A DNA stretch of 64,000 nt from Elsinoe ampelina (lineage: Eukaryota), in NCBI GenBank assembly GCA_010093995.1, contig ML992507.1, forward strand, positions 202,781-266,780. The letters are read 5' to 3'. A program made the translations under genes and the position numbers. Positions within the stretch are counted from its first letter, which is position 1. Each line of letters begins with the position of its first letter. Shown here one piece after another: positions 1 through 12,730 of the stretch. Under the pieces are notes generated by a model. That model was not told the DNA's origin. It worked only from the letters and a program-made list of their open reading frames with translations, and did no database searches.

Positions 1-892
1 TCAAACACCAACCCCATCTCCCCCTCACTCCCCTCCACCGTCTCCATCGCCCCCTCCATCATCTCCAACCACCCATCCCTCCCTCCTCTTTCTCCTCCCC
101 CTTCCTCTCCCCCCCTCCCCTCCCCCTCCACAACCCCATTAACCACCACCCCCGCCCCAGCCCCATCCCCAAACAACGCCCCCTCCACCCCGGCCCTCCC
201 CTCCCGTTCCGCGTCCCCCAACACCTTCCTCACAGCAATGGTACACACCTCCACCGCGAAAACCAACACCACCGCCTTCCTCCCCCTCGCTTCCTCCGCC
301 GCCGCGACATCCCTCGCCACCCGCAGAACACTCATCCCCCCCGCGCAACCCACGCCTTGGAGGAAGACCCTCTGCACCCTCGCGCCAAGGCCCAGGGTGC
401 GCGCGACGTGGAGATCGATGCCCGGGCAGGAGGAGGTGGTGCATGTTGCGCCGACGAGGTGGGTGATGTCTGCCGGGAGGAAAGGGGTGGCGGAGAGGGC
501 GTTGAGGCAGGCGGTGGTGGAGAGGGGGATGGAGTGGGTGAGGTGGAGGGCGTGGAGGGTGGGGAGGGGGGGGGGGAGGGGGGAGTGCAGGATTGGGTGG
601 GACGGGGGGAGGACGGTGGGGCGGGAGGTGATGCCGGTTTTGGTGGAGAGGTGGAGGAGGTGGGCTATGCTGGAGGGGGAGGTTAGGAGGGGTTCAAGGG
701 ACGGAGATGGGGGAAAGAAAGGGCTTGCCCTGGGTTGGATAGGTCGTGGAAGCGTGCGGCTACGGCTTCGAGGTCCGCGGTCGTGAGGGTGTGTGGTGGG
801 AACGCTGATCCTAGGCCTGCTATGTACGCCTTGGGACGTGCAATAGGGGTCTTTGATGGTGGTGTCCTGTAGTCCACTGCGTGAGGCGACAT
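1..892 (-). CDS. Type III polyketide synthase (chalcone/stilbene synthase-like); 3' part runs off the window edge
   Basis: ATG at 892 (MSPHAVDY...YIAGLGSAFPPH). After a 59-nt GC-AG intron (728..670) the frame reads LLHLSTKTGITSRP...ITHLVGATCT...PGIDLHVA...GVGCAGG (catalytic Cys)...VLVFAVEVCT...ALFGDGAGA, all type III PKS hallmarks. Open to position 1. The ORF track missed it. Confidence 0.9.
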
Positions 893-2753
893 GCTGAGGG
901 ATGCTGCTTACAACCACATGTCTACACCTGCGCCCCTGGTGCTTTTAATCATTCCACAGGTAAGACATGCTGCACCACCACCATATTCTTCATTCAATCT
1001 AATCCATGCCGCTAATCGACCATCTGGGGTCGGGAAGGGCCGCACTAAAGCCGTCGGCGCTCTGGGAAGGGGATTCTGGGTGCTTATACGGGTGGCCTTA
1101 CAGATTTGGCAGCGCCTTTTTGTCGGGAAGCGAAGCAGGTCGGTCATGTCCGGCCAATTGGTGAGACTTGCGAGGACCGCGGAAGATACATGTCATATAG
1201 CTCCGTCCTCGGGTGTGATGTCGCGTCTTGGTATGTTCTGCTTGTCTACACAATCGTGCTGCAAAGAGAAGGTCCTCACGTGTTTGGGCCGGGTTTCTGC
1301 TGCCTGGCTGCTTGTCTTTGGGGACAGCTCGACTTGTGTGACTCGTCTTTCCAATGGCGTACGCGGTCTAAGCCTCATATTTGTCCCCTCGAGTCATGGC
1401 TGCCCGTTCGACTTGTGCTCAATGATCGTATGGTGTGAGCTATGCTGGGTCCGAAAACTCCATCAAAGTATAAAAATCGATCCGCCATCTTCTTACCTAC
1501 CAGACTTTGCTGAGACATCCTGTAAGCCCGCCCTGGCGCAGGAGCTGGCTGGTTCCGATCGTGACGTGGTCATGGACCCCTTCAGGCCTAGACAGCTGAA
1601 GACATGCCTTGATCGCGCGGCAAGCAGTATGCCTTGCATTACCTGTCCATACAAGTCATCTACTTGTCAAGACTGACGCATCACAAGACTGTCATTGTAT
1701 AACTGGGACAGGTGAATGAAGATCCAAACACTGAGGAAGTCGTGTCTTTGGACCGGTACAGTGGGTACGCTAGCCTGTTGAGGTTGTCAAAAGTGTTGGT
1801 TTTTGAACCGAAGACATCGACCACGATGACTCGTCGACGAACGACACTTTTTGTGTCTCTTGGTCAGTATGTTTGCTGTACTATTCAATGACCGAGAATA
1901 ACATTAGCTTCGCAACAGTGATGAAAGTTGTCGCGATCAAAAGGTGAGAGGTGACATTTCAAGATATCCCCCAACAAGATCAAAACTCATCTACCAACTT
2001 CATACGGCCACGGGCAAGACCATACCATGTCTACAACGGCATCACATAGCCAACATCAAGATGACGATGAGGTCACATTTAGACTTCTCGCTTCCCCTCG
2101 GACCACGAGATGTTGCAAACCGAGGAATTCTGGTTAAGCATGGATTTGCCGAACGTGATCGAGGCGTGGCGGACGCAGTATGGGAAGCAGGCAGGCAGGA
2201 GGGAGCTGGAGGTGGAGTGGGCTTGTGAGGCGGGGGAGGAGTGGGAAGCGGGGATCAAAGGGCAGATGAGAGAGGCGGGATGGAGGGTGTATGGGGAGGA
2301 GAGGTATAGGATGGAGGTGGGGTGTGAGGGGATGGGGTGCTGCCATGAGAGGAGGAGGTGGAGGATGAAGCTTTGTGCGCATGAGGGGAGGGTTGTGGCG
2401 GCGAGGCCGAATCCGTGGGTTTAGCTAGTATGGAGGGGATGTATGGATTGTGCACTGGTTCTGGTGATGAGATGGTTGTGTTGGGGTGCAGCCGAGTGAT
2501 GCGAAGCCGTGCTCCTCGCGAAGTACAGGCTCCCATAATTACGGAGTTTATATTGACGCATTGTGACCATTGTACCAGATACGGCCACAGACAGTTGAAA
2601 GCAAGGCATCCCGTCAGATCTGCCATATTTAAGCAACTGATCGCCTGATTAGTAATGCGGTGGGTGACCACGTGTGAATCCCAGGTGCTGTATCTTTTGC
2701 CTTTTGCCCATTCCATCCCACTCGCAATGAAAATCTCGTTTTGCTTCTGTGTT

Positions 2754-4664
2754 CTAAGCTGTTCTTGAGTCGTACGATGCGAGAATCAAGTCACTTGCCC
2801 TTTCCGCCACAGCATAAATCGTGCTTGTAAGATGAGCATCAACCTGGAAAGGCAAGACGCTAGCATCAACAACTCGGACATTCTTAGTGCCGTATACTTT
2901 GAGGTTGGCATCGACTACTCCACCGAGCTCTCTGGACATCATGGCGCACGTTCCGACTGGATGGTAGTTGGAGTTGACTGAAACTGTCAGCAGCTGTTGA
3001 GTAATACAAGAGGATAACGCACAGTTCGCCTTCAAGAACTTGCTCCAGGTCGCTACATCTGCATCCACTGGTACCGTCGTCGTGTTCGGCGTAATCTCTT
3101 GACCCAGCAGATCAGCAAGCGGTGCTTGTCCGGCAATCTCCCGCACTTTGCGAGCAGTGGCGACTTGCAACAGCTCATCCCATTCAAGCATAAAGAAATT
3201 GGGATTGATGCGTGGCTCTGGACCCCAGGACGAAGCCTTCGAGGAACTGAGATGTACCGAACCGCGACTGAAAGGGAGCATACCCCAGAATACGCCCAGG
3301 AAGGCAGTCTCGAGAGGTATGAGGAGAATCTCGGCTACGGGCACGGACTGGTTGAAGATGAGGTCTGCCTGGATCTCGAGTTGTCGTTGCACTGCGCCTT
3401 GAGGATAGGCGTAGTTGGATTCGTCATCGATCTTCTGTGCGTAGCTCGGGATGCTCGACGCAATGTCTACAGATACCGCAGTGGTGTTGTCGCCGAAGAG
3501 ATCTTCGGCAGTCACAAACACCACGAAAGGTGTGTATCCGGTGTAGGTTGTGTTTGCAGCAATTATGATCTGTGAATTTGGCTGGTCTTGCAGGTTCTCG
3601 CCGACAGTCGGCAGAGCTATTTGTACCGGAATGCCCATTACATTGAGCAGTCTGGACTGAGTTAACAGAGTAAGATTGAGCGAATGCCGTACCCACTGCG
3701 GATTACCAACACCAGAGTTCTCGAGAATGATGGGGCTTTTGAGCGAGCCGGCACTCAGAACAATCTCTCGCGATGCTCGTATAATGGTCGTCTGCGTCTC
3801 GTTGACTTCATGGACAACTACTCCAGTAGCCAGACTGTCCCCTTCGACGTCTTCGTCCAATAGAAGCCTGTCAGCGATCGTGTTCAGATACAAATGTAAG
3901 TTCTGTCTCTCCTTGATTGGCTGGTAGTAAGACCGCGCTGCGTCGGCCCTGATACTGATATTGCCATCTACAGTGCTGGGGAACAAGCTGAATCCACGGA
4001 TATCGCCTCCATTCATATCCTGGTTCCAAGGTATCCCAAGTGCTTGCGTAGTCGCGTTAAGCACGTCATGTGCGTTGTTCTGCATCGTGATGTTAATGAT
4101 CCCGACACCCACATATCCAATATCGCTGTGGAGGTCCTCTTCGAATGTGAAGCCTGTTGCTTCAAGTTGGTCCGCTGGCGGTTCGAAGAACTTCTCACTT
4201 TTGAGGTAGTACGGCCAGAGAGTTTCCCAGTCCCACCCATCGTTACCTAACTGCCCCCAAGCATCGATCTGAGCTTTTTCGGCTCGTATGTAGGTGGCGC
4301 CATTGATCGTGCTAGTTCCTCCCAGCGCCCGACCTGAGCTGTACACCAGTGATCGATCACCCGAGAAGATTTGTGGAGAGCTCGGATAGGCCCAGTCGAC
4401 ATCCGTGAAGAAGCTGGTGAAGTAATTCGCTGTTTGCGCTATGCTCGCATTGTCAAGTTGGGAGCGGCCTGCCTCAATTACCGCCACAGAAATGTCTGGG
4501 TTTGCAGAGAGTCTGTTGGCCACTGCCAGGCCTGCGGTACCCCCTCCGACAATCACATAGTCGTATGTAGCGTGTGGAGGATCACATAGCAATCTCGCTG
4601 AAGCTGCTGCGGAAAGACTGAGCAATGACACCAGCAGTTGCTTATATATGCTTGACCACAGCAT
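2754..4664 (-). CDS. Secreted GMC oxidoreductase (AA3_2, glucose oxidase/dehydrogenase-like)
   Basis: Signal peptide MLWSSIYKQLLVSLLSLSAAASA; FAD motif DYVIVGGGTAG; GRALGGTSTING; catalytic His pair NYHPVGT and AHLTSTIYAVAE; two 45-nt introns (3696..3652, 3022..2978). Confidence 0.92.
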   Translation of the reverse strand: MLWSSIYKQLLVSLLSLSAAASARLLCDPPHATYDYVIVGGGTAGLAVANRLSANPDISVAVIEAGRSQLDNASIAQTANYFTSFFTDVDWAYPSSPQIFSGDRSLVYSSGRALGGTSTINGATYIRAEKAQIDAWGQLGNDGWDWETLWPYYLKSEKFFEPPADQLEATGFTFEEDLHSDIGYVGVGIINITMQNNAHDVLNATTQALGIPWNQDMNGGDIRGFSLFPSTVDGNISIRADAARSYYQPIKERQNLHLYLNTIADRLLLDEDVEGDSLATGVVVHEVNETQTTIIRASREIVLSAGSLKSPIILENSGVGNPQWVRHSLNLTLLTQSRLLNVMGIPVQIALPTVGENLQDQPNSQIIIAANTTYTGYTPFVVFVTAEDLFGDNTTAVSVDIASSIPSYAQKIDDESNYAYPQGAVQRQLEIQADLIFNQSVPVAEILLIPLETAFLGVFWGMLPFSRGSVHLSSSKASSWGPEPRINPNFFMLEWDELLQVATARKVREIAGQAPLADLLGQEITPNTTTVPVDADVATWSKFLKANCALSSCITQQLLTVSVNSNYHPVGTCAMMSRELGGVVDANLKVYGTKNVRVVDASVLPFQVDAHLTSTIYAVAERASDLILASYDSRTA

Positions 4665-5187
4665 GGTGAAAGGATGTGCCGTAAGATACGGGGTGGCATC
4701 AATCGCGGTCAAACAAGTGAACATGGAAAAGCACTACTCGCCTGATGACACAACAGCAAAAATTCGCTCCCATGATCACCGCAACTATCGACAGTGATGA
4801 GTGGATGCTCGGGACGGATGTGCACTTGTCCGCTCCTTTCAGACCCCGCATGTTGGATGATCATCTTCTCTGTGCATTGACACGGCACGAGTCGTCCGGC
4901 CTGGTTTAGATCAGTCATCCCAATGTATGGTGAACATCTGAAGTAGGTCAGCGACATTTGATGTCCATACCCGCTTTGATGCTGCCTGGATGAGGCCCCT
5001 GCAAATGATGTACGTCACGGCCAGCCTGGAAGTTATCAAAGGCTGCTACACTTTGCCGAGGCACTTGATGACCCCGCCCCCACTTCCAACCCCCGGATAC
5101 AGTATCTCGGACATTAGTACCATGGACGACGGTATTTACTCTGCAGTCTGACCTCCCAGGTCTTTTCCCATCTTGCATGTCTACACG

Positions 5188-6375
5188 ATGGCTGCGACTG
5201 AGCAATTCCCTACGCCGGAGTCGGTGTCAGCTCTTGCGAAGGACAAACACCCTTCCTACCAGAAAGTGAGTCCTCATGGCTATCTAGTCGGCACAACCAT
5301 TGACACTTCCAGATCGAAGACCAGGCAGTGAAAGATGCCGCCGAAGGAAAGATCCCAGACTTCAAAGATCCCAAGGTCCTCGCATTCGTCCGACACACCC
5401 GCAAGACTGCTACAGATTCGACGTATGGGACCTCCCCAGCCGGCGTAAAAGAGAGTACAAAGAACATCCCCATGCGAGATGGCTACGAGAGTGAGCTTCG
5501 CATCTTCCAGCCTGAGAAGCCAGACGCCGATGGATCCCCCTTGATCGTTCTCATCTACGGCGGTGGTTTTGTTGTACGTCTCCTCCCCTTCCCCTCCACA
5601 CCCTCCCTAACAACTTCCCAAGATGGGCGAAAACCGCCAACTCGGCCCCTACGCCCGCGGCCTCGTCAAGCTCTACAACGCCGTCGCAGTTTGCATCTCC
5701 TACCGACTGGCCCCCGAACACAAATTCCCCACCGGCGTCAACGACGCCTGGGACTCCTTCCTGTGGCTCACGCAAAACTACTCCTCCCTCTCCGCCTCCC
5801 CCAACAAAGGCTTTCTCATCGGCGGCATCTCAGCAGGGGGCAACCTCTCCCTCGTCCTCGCCCAAAACGCCATCGAACAATCCATCTCCCCACCCATCAC
5901 CGGTCTCTGGCTCTGCGTCCCCCTCGCCTTCCCCACCAAATCCCACGTCCCGGAGGCGTTCCAACCCTTCTACCTCGCGCGCCAGGAGAACGCCAACGCC
6001 GCCATCCTAGGCGAAAAAACCATCGAGGCATTCCACCACCACTGCGGACAGGACGAGTCGTCGAAGTGGTACTCGCCCTCCAACTGCAGCGCGCCGTACG
6101 ACAATTTCCCCCCAAGCTACATCGAGGTGGACGGTTGTGACCCCCTGCGCGACGATGGGATTATCGTCGAGAAGATCCTGCGGGGCAAGGGCATCAAGAC
6201 GAAGTTGACGGCGTGGCCGGGCCTGCCGCATGCGCATTTCGCGTTGGTGCCGGATCAGGAGCTGAAGAGGAGTGCGGCGAGGGATACGATGCGGGGGTTT
6301 GCGTGGTTGTTGGGGAAGGAGGAGCCGTCGGATCAGGAAGTGGATGCGGTGGTGGTGGCGCCGGAGTCGGGTTAG
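5188..6375 (+). CDS. Alpha/beta hydrolase fold-3 (HSL-family) esterase/lipase
   Basis: ATG 5188; introns 5266..5312 and 5574..5622; oxyanion YGGGF, YRLAPEHKFP, nucleophile GISAG, DPLRDDG and GLPH (Ser-Asp-His triad). Confidence 0.9.
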
Positions 6376-6937
6376 ACGGGGGGGATTGTATGTAAGGGGT
6401 GGGAAGGGGGCAATGTTGATGGATAGAGGAGCGGGAAGGAGAATATTTGTAGATACCACTTTGAAGACGCATCTGTGACAGTCGCGAGTCTGGACCCTCA
6501 ACGAGTTCGTGGTCGTGATAGCCTTCCATCTGGACGACGTCGGAAAGCCGACCTAAGCTGTGTGGGAATCGACCTCGATGGCTGCAATGTACTTACCATT
6601 TACTCGATATAGCAAAGCTTCCTCACCGGTGAGAAGGATCACCGGTCGTGCAACTGACCGGAAACAGCAACCACACCTCCTCCTCCCTCACCCTACCTCA
6701 CATCAAAAACAAAGCAACACCACGACAGACCACACCGCAAACATGCACGCATCCATAAACAGTAAAAACAGACTTCATTACAAGCATCCTCCCCAGACCG
6801 CTATCCACCCTCCCATCAACGCCCGCTAATACTCCCCCCCCCCCTGCCTCCCAAACCGGTATCAAGTATCCCACGCTATATCCTACACTGACTCCAACAT
6901 ATCAGGTATCAAATCATGACTTTTTTTTTTTACCTCC

Positions 6938-8349
6938 CTAGACATTCTCCGGACTCCCCCTCCCGGGCCTCACCCCCAAATGAGCAAGCGGGACATCACT
7001 CCCCTGCCTACCATGCCCGTGTCCGTTGGCCGCATAGCCCGGCCCAGGCCGATGGAACGCTCCAAACTGGGTATTCCTCGGGCTGCGGAACTCGTCCCTG
7101 TATCCTTGGCCCTCGACGCCTCCTTCGCCCTGCACGTTGACGTTGACCGTCTTGACGATGCAGTCCTTGTCTTGCACCGTGATGCCGCCGCGGGTGACGT
7201 CTGCGCCGCCGCTGTCTTGGAGGATGCTTCGCTCGGAGCTGGAGTCTTCTTGTGGCGCCGAGGCAGAGGCGTTTACGCAGACTCGTTTGTTCATTTCAAA
7301 GGAGCGGCCGTAGAGTTGGTGGGTCTTGGAGCGGGAGCCGGTGAGGGTGGTGGGGAACAGGCGGCGGAGGAGTTTGTTGAAGAAGGAGCGGAGAGGAGGG
7401 AGGCAGGCGGCGAAGATGCCGATGCCGACCTCGGCGACCGACCAGAGGGTGAGGTCGACTGCGTCCCAAAGGAAGTCGGATGAGGTGGAGAGGAAGTGGA
7501 GTTGGGTGAGTTTGGCGATGGAGCAGCCTGTGCCTCTGGACGGAGGTTAGTGGTATGAAGAGGTTGAGAGTGGGGTCACATACATTAAGCCAAAGAGAAA
7601 TACTGCCCGCAATCCCCATTGTGTAGATTTGGGAAGCTGGACTGACGAGAGGTAGACCAGAGGTGCGGCGGAGTAGACAACGTCGGTGATGATGTTGGCC
7701 ACAGACTGTTGGTAACCGGAGATAGAGTCGACAATGGGAGGCCAGCATTGGCCGTCTTGCATCTTGTTCCATCGGTGGGAAATAGGACGACATGCGCCGA
7801 AGAGGGTAATTGTCGGGAAGATGAAGTTGCAGACCATGATCATGGCAACACTACACCAGATGATGGCGCGATACTTTGGCGAGAAGTTAAGTTGGAGCAG
7901 ATATGCTGAGATACTGGCTTTGAGGAAGAACATGGACCAGATGTTACCCCATTGTGCGTACCAGATCAGCCTGAGACACTCGACAAGGTCTTCGTATGAT
8001 ATCGTTGGGTCGTATGAGTGGAAGCCCTGGCCATGGTATGTCGATAGTATCGTATGTATGTTGGCCGTAATGTTCAATGCCTATTTCTGTGAGCTTTGAC
8101 TCTGCGATTGTCTGCGACATGACCTACCATCGCTATCACAATCAACCCATCCGAGAGTGATCCCCGCCTCTTGATGTAAAATGTCACCGCTAACCGCCAG
8201 ATGACAAAGATGAGTGTGAGAGCAGAGAAGAAAATCATCATGGCAATCAGAATGTGTTGCCGGTCTCCAAGATTGTTCAAGTCCACGCCTGGAGGTATCA
8301 CAGACGGTGGTGGTCCCGAGGGAGCAGCGCCAGATCCAGAGTCGGCCAT
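6938..8349 (-). CDS. PTH11-like (fungal rhodopsin-domain) multi-pass membrane protein, no CFEM domain
   Basis: MADSGS... followed by several hydrophobic helices; family-type motifs SDGLIVIA, GQGFHSYD, FFLKASI, CRPISHRW...GQC, NIITDVVYSAAPL; introns near 8127-8085 and 7583-7538; polar C-terminal tail. Confidence 0.82.
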
Positions 8350-10793
8350 GGTCACCAGCAAGGTAGGATTCCTTCGCAGTAAGATCCTGTGTAGTAGTGT
8401 CGTCGGCGCAAGGAGCCCGGCTCTCTCACATATCGTGTGCGAAAGGACGTGGTTGGATCCAAGGAAGTCGAAGTCTAACGTACGGCAGGCACGACGAACT
8501 ATCTTAGTCCAAGACCAAGCAAAGAGCCCCTCTAACAAGGCGGGTCGAACTTGTTCCTCGGGCAGGACGATGGCCGACAAGAGTAAAGTACTAGTCGAGT
8601 ACCTTTGGCTTGCCTTGTGGACAGAGGTAGAGGTGGACCGTGAAGGCTTCATTTCACGGTACGAGCTACAACTTACACAGCACATAGTTTGGCAGGCGCG
8701 AGTCAACTCTGTCAAGATGGCGAGATGCTCATGTCGCTTGGGGCGGTCGTGGAGCGTGCAGGAGTCGTGGCGGGCTCGGAAAGAGTGCTAGCGTTCCCAT
8801 TGGCACGGGAATGGCAGAGATCGGTCTTCGGACCACGAGATGGAGTACGCCTCTGCCCAGATTTACCAGACTTTAGCCTGGCTGAATCATGTGTTGATCG
8901 GCAGGGGGGTGAATATGGCAACAGTAGATGATTGGCAGTGCTCACGCGGCAGAAATAATAGCCAGGCATGGCAGCATGAACCAGTCGCCGTCCACGTGTG
9001 GCAGCACTTGCATGAATTGTCGATACCCTCAGCAAAGGGCAAGTCAAAAGTGGAGTGAAGTCGTATGGGTGGCTGAAGGTTCCAAAGAAGTTGGTCGGCC
9101 TGTCCCAGCAGACTGATACGCTACCAGTGGTGCAAAGCACAGAGGGCACGAGAGTACTGTACCCGCTCCAGGACCGTGCTCCTTTCGACAGCTTGTCAGG
9201 ATACTACTGTACCATCTCGAGTCGTATGGAGCTCTGGTGCCTGTGGTGGATTTGTTGGTTTGCCCCTTGTGCCTGTCACTATACGACAACCACATGTCCG
9301 CACACCACACTCCGGACACTACTCGGAAACCACAATACCGTTGTAGGTGCTCATATCTGATTTGTTACCACCAGGGACACATTTTTGCTGTCACCTTGCC
9401 ACGAGCATCAGACTTTCGGTGCTTGTCTCAGTTCAGGCCAGTTACTGGGCGACGCCAACCGACATGCACGAATCCTTTTCATTATACCTCACTGCAAAAA
9501 AGACCTGCCACCAACCGTCCGCGCGGGACGAAGATGGTACCTGGATCTGGTCATGATCGGAGAGGTCTGGACACGGCAGGCCCAACACTCTCCACTGGTC
9601 TGTGCCAAAGCGACGAGGGCTGCTTTGCGGGAGAAGGCCTCATGTCTCACACTGACTAGTGCACATCCGACCTGCACGCTGTATCGACGCTGTACATGAG
9701 TCTTTGTCACTCGCTTGCTTGAACCTTTTGAGACAGGACAAATTTTGTCCGATCGGTGCCCGACCTGCCCCTAGTGGGACTACTCACTACGTGTCATTCT
9801 ACCCCCCTTGGCAGGGCAAGGCATCTTGACTCTTGGTGACGACCATCGCCCATCAGTCCCCAATTCTTGCTGGTGGCAGTGGTGTCCCTTAAGCTTGTCT
9901 TCACTGTATACAGTCAAGCGTGGTCATCATGGACGGCTCTACGTGATGAGCCTGATCTAGTGGTAGATCATTGGCTGGCACGGATGTGAGACACGACATC
10001 CATCGCCTTCGAGACGTGGGAGAATGTGGGTTGGGACAGCAAGATTTTATCTGCTCAACTTGTCCTCCGAGGCTTGACACCAGCGAACATGAGCGGAGCC
10101 ACCGCGGTGGGGGATGTTTGAGACTGATTGGCGCCATTCGACAAACCCTTTCTTCTCTGCATCCACTTCCGACTCGTGCGGTATCACAAGTATCACCGAG
10201 GTGACCTCTAAAGTTCTACCACTTCGAACACTAATCACGACCGAACCAGGCGGCTCTCTGCACTCACTCAAAAAGAACACCACACCCGGGAACGTGTCTC
10301 TCAGAGCCCTAAGACCTTCTCCACTCGAGATACCGCACATACCATCGCTTAGCTCTTTTAGCATCAAAACTCAATTTCGCCTGCGACTCGTCAGGGACCA
10401 CTTTGCTTAGGCCTGTCAAGCCCATCTAATCTCGGACGGCCCTTTTCCTGCACAGAAACATGCTCGAAGTATGCATGTCGCCGCTTTTGCCGCCTGCCCG
10501 CAACTGCCGACCATTGAACCACGACGCACCAATTTGACTTGGTAAGGAATCGCCTGGTACAGTATTGCCACGATCGTCTTTTCGCCTCCGTCTGCGCCGC
10601 AATGGGTTCTTTGTTGGACATGGCGCATTGTTTGGTCGGGATTCCTCCGTCCGTGCTAGAAGGTAGGTCTTCTTCATATACACCCCGAGGGTCTGTATAG
10701 CAGACACTTCTGGCATCCTTACCACTTTCCTCCCCTGTCATTCTTACCCCCTTGTGGTATTTCGAGTGTGGTTGACACTACTCATCCGCCATA

Positions 10794-12730
10794 ATGTATT
10801 CTCAAAACTTCTTGGCTTCGGCCGTCCAGCTCGTCAGCGTTGCATCTTTGCTTAATACTGTTACTGCCCTGCCAGGCCATGGCAGATACATCCCTCGCCA
10901 GGTCACGGATGAACAGGCGCGCGGACAGACTTACGACTACATCATCGCTGGTGGCGGTCTCAGCGGTCTGGTTGTCGCCAACCGCTTGACTGAGAATCCT
11001 CGTGGTAAGCACGACATCTTCATCCACACGTTTATACATGCTAAGAACGTGCAGTCAAGGTCCTTGTCATCGAATATGGTGGATTCGACAACTCTCTTAC
11101 TGCAAGTGTACCATACTTTGCCAATGGCCTCAACTTTGCCTCCATGATCCCCACCACATCTGCCCCTGATGCGGGTCTCAACAATGCTTCCTTCCCCGTC
11201 CTCATCGGTGGTGTTGTCGGAGGCGGAACTGTCGTCAACGGAATGGCATACAACCGTGGTGCTGCATTGGACTACGACTCGTGGGAGGCACTAGGTAACG
11301 AGGGCTGGGGCTTCTCCTCTCTCCTCCCGTACTTCCGCAAGAGCACGACCTTCCAAGCTCCTTCGCCTGCTGCCGCAAAGGAGTACGGGCTCACCTACGA
11401 CCTCAAGGCATACGGCAATGGCCCCGTCAAGCCCGCTCTCACCAACTTCCAGTTCCCCGACCTCAAAAAGTTCTGGCAAGCATGGAAGGACTCCGACGTC
11501 CCACTCCCCAAAGAACACGGTCTCGGTGGTGCCGTTGGCGCCTTCTGGATGCCCAGCGCCATCGATGTCAAGCGTGGTCGCCGCTCCGACGCTCGCGCCG
11601 ACTACTACGACCCTGCCGCCGACCGCACCAACCTCCAACTCCTGATCAACACCGAAGTCACCGAGGTCCTTTTCCAGAACGGCCTGACCGCTTCCGGCCT
11701 CTCCTTCACCAACCGCCTCAACAACCGCACCTCCCGCGCCTACGCCAGCCGCGAAGTAATCCTCGCCGCCGGCGCCATCAACACCCCCAAGATCCTCCAA
11801 CTCTCCGGCATCGGCCCCCGCGCCGTCCTCAACGCCGCCAAAATCGCCGTCAAGCTCGACCTCCCCGCCGTCGGCGCCAACTTCCAAGACCACCCCGTCG
11901 CCTACCTCAACTTCAACCTCTCCAACCAAGCCTCCCCCAACAGCAACACCCTCGCCGTCGACCCCGCCTACAACGCCAGCGCCTGGGCCGAATACGACGC
12001 CCGCAAGACCGGCATCTACGCCTCGGGCCGCGGCAACGGCGTCGCCTTCCTCTCCCTCCCGCAAATCTCCACCACCGAGTTCGCCGAGTCCATCTCCGCC
12101 CGCGTCGGCAAGCAAAACGCCCCCTCGTTCCTCCCGGCCGCCTACGCCGACCGCCAACTCCTCGCCGGCTTCCTGGAGCAACGCCGCCTCCTGTCCGAGC
12201 AGTACGGGGGCAACGACGCCGCCGTGTCAGAGTACCCCTTCTCCGGCGGCGGGGGCTTCGTCGCGGCTGCCTTCCAGAAGCCGCTCTCGCGCGGCACCAT
12301 CACGCTCGACCCGGCCAACCCCAAGGCGCAACCCGTGATCCAGTACAACACGCTGCAGAACCCGCTCGACGCAGAGATGGTGCTGGCCGTCGTGCGCAAG
12401 GCGAGGGCGTACTTCAAGCAGCCGGCGTTGGCGTCGCTGAACCCGGTGGAGACGAGTCCCGGCGCGCAGTTCGAGACGGACGAGGCGTTGTTGGGCGCGT
12501 TGAAGCAGGGGGTGCTGAACCCGAGTTTCGCGCATCCGGCGGGCAGTTGCGCGATGAGCCCGAGGAGGTTGGGGGGTTGTGTGGATGCGCAGCTGAGGGT
12601 GTATGGCACCCAGAGGTTGAGTGTTATTGATACGAGTGTTATCCCGATGATCCCGGCGGCGCATTTGCAGGCCAGTCAGTATGCGGTTGCGGAGAAGGCG
12701 GCGGATTTGATCAAGGCGAGGACGAGGTGA
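10794..12730 (+). CDS. Secreted GMC oxidoreductase (AA3_2, aryl-alcohol oxidase/choline dehydrogenase-like)
   Basis: Signal peptide; [12 protein letters not shown]; intron 11005..11054; [24 protein letters not shown]; His pair FAHPAGSC and [13 protein letters not shown]. Confidence 0.92.

Noticed and set aside
540..600. Possible frameshift in the long G homopolymers of the PKS gene
   Set aside because: Manual translation stays in frame through LHSPLPPPLPTLH to the catalytic Cys and the ALFGDG motif.
891..1676. 261-aa + strand ORF abutting the PKS start
   Set aside because: No recognisable motif, atypical composition, and it lies in the expected PKS promoter region; probably a chance ORF.
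2110..2424. 104-aa Glu/Arg/Trp-rich ORF
   Set aside because: Coincides with a G-rich skew block that suppresses stop codons; no domain evidence. Not excluded, but unsupported.
11291..12630. Long overlapping and antisense ORFs on the second GMC gene (similar ones over RIX7, DIS3, VMA13, BAT1, DPP3, ERV29)
   Set aside because: Shadow frames caused by extreme GC at third codon positions; the translations are low-complexity R/P/G sequence.
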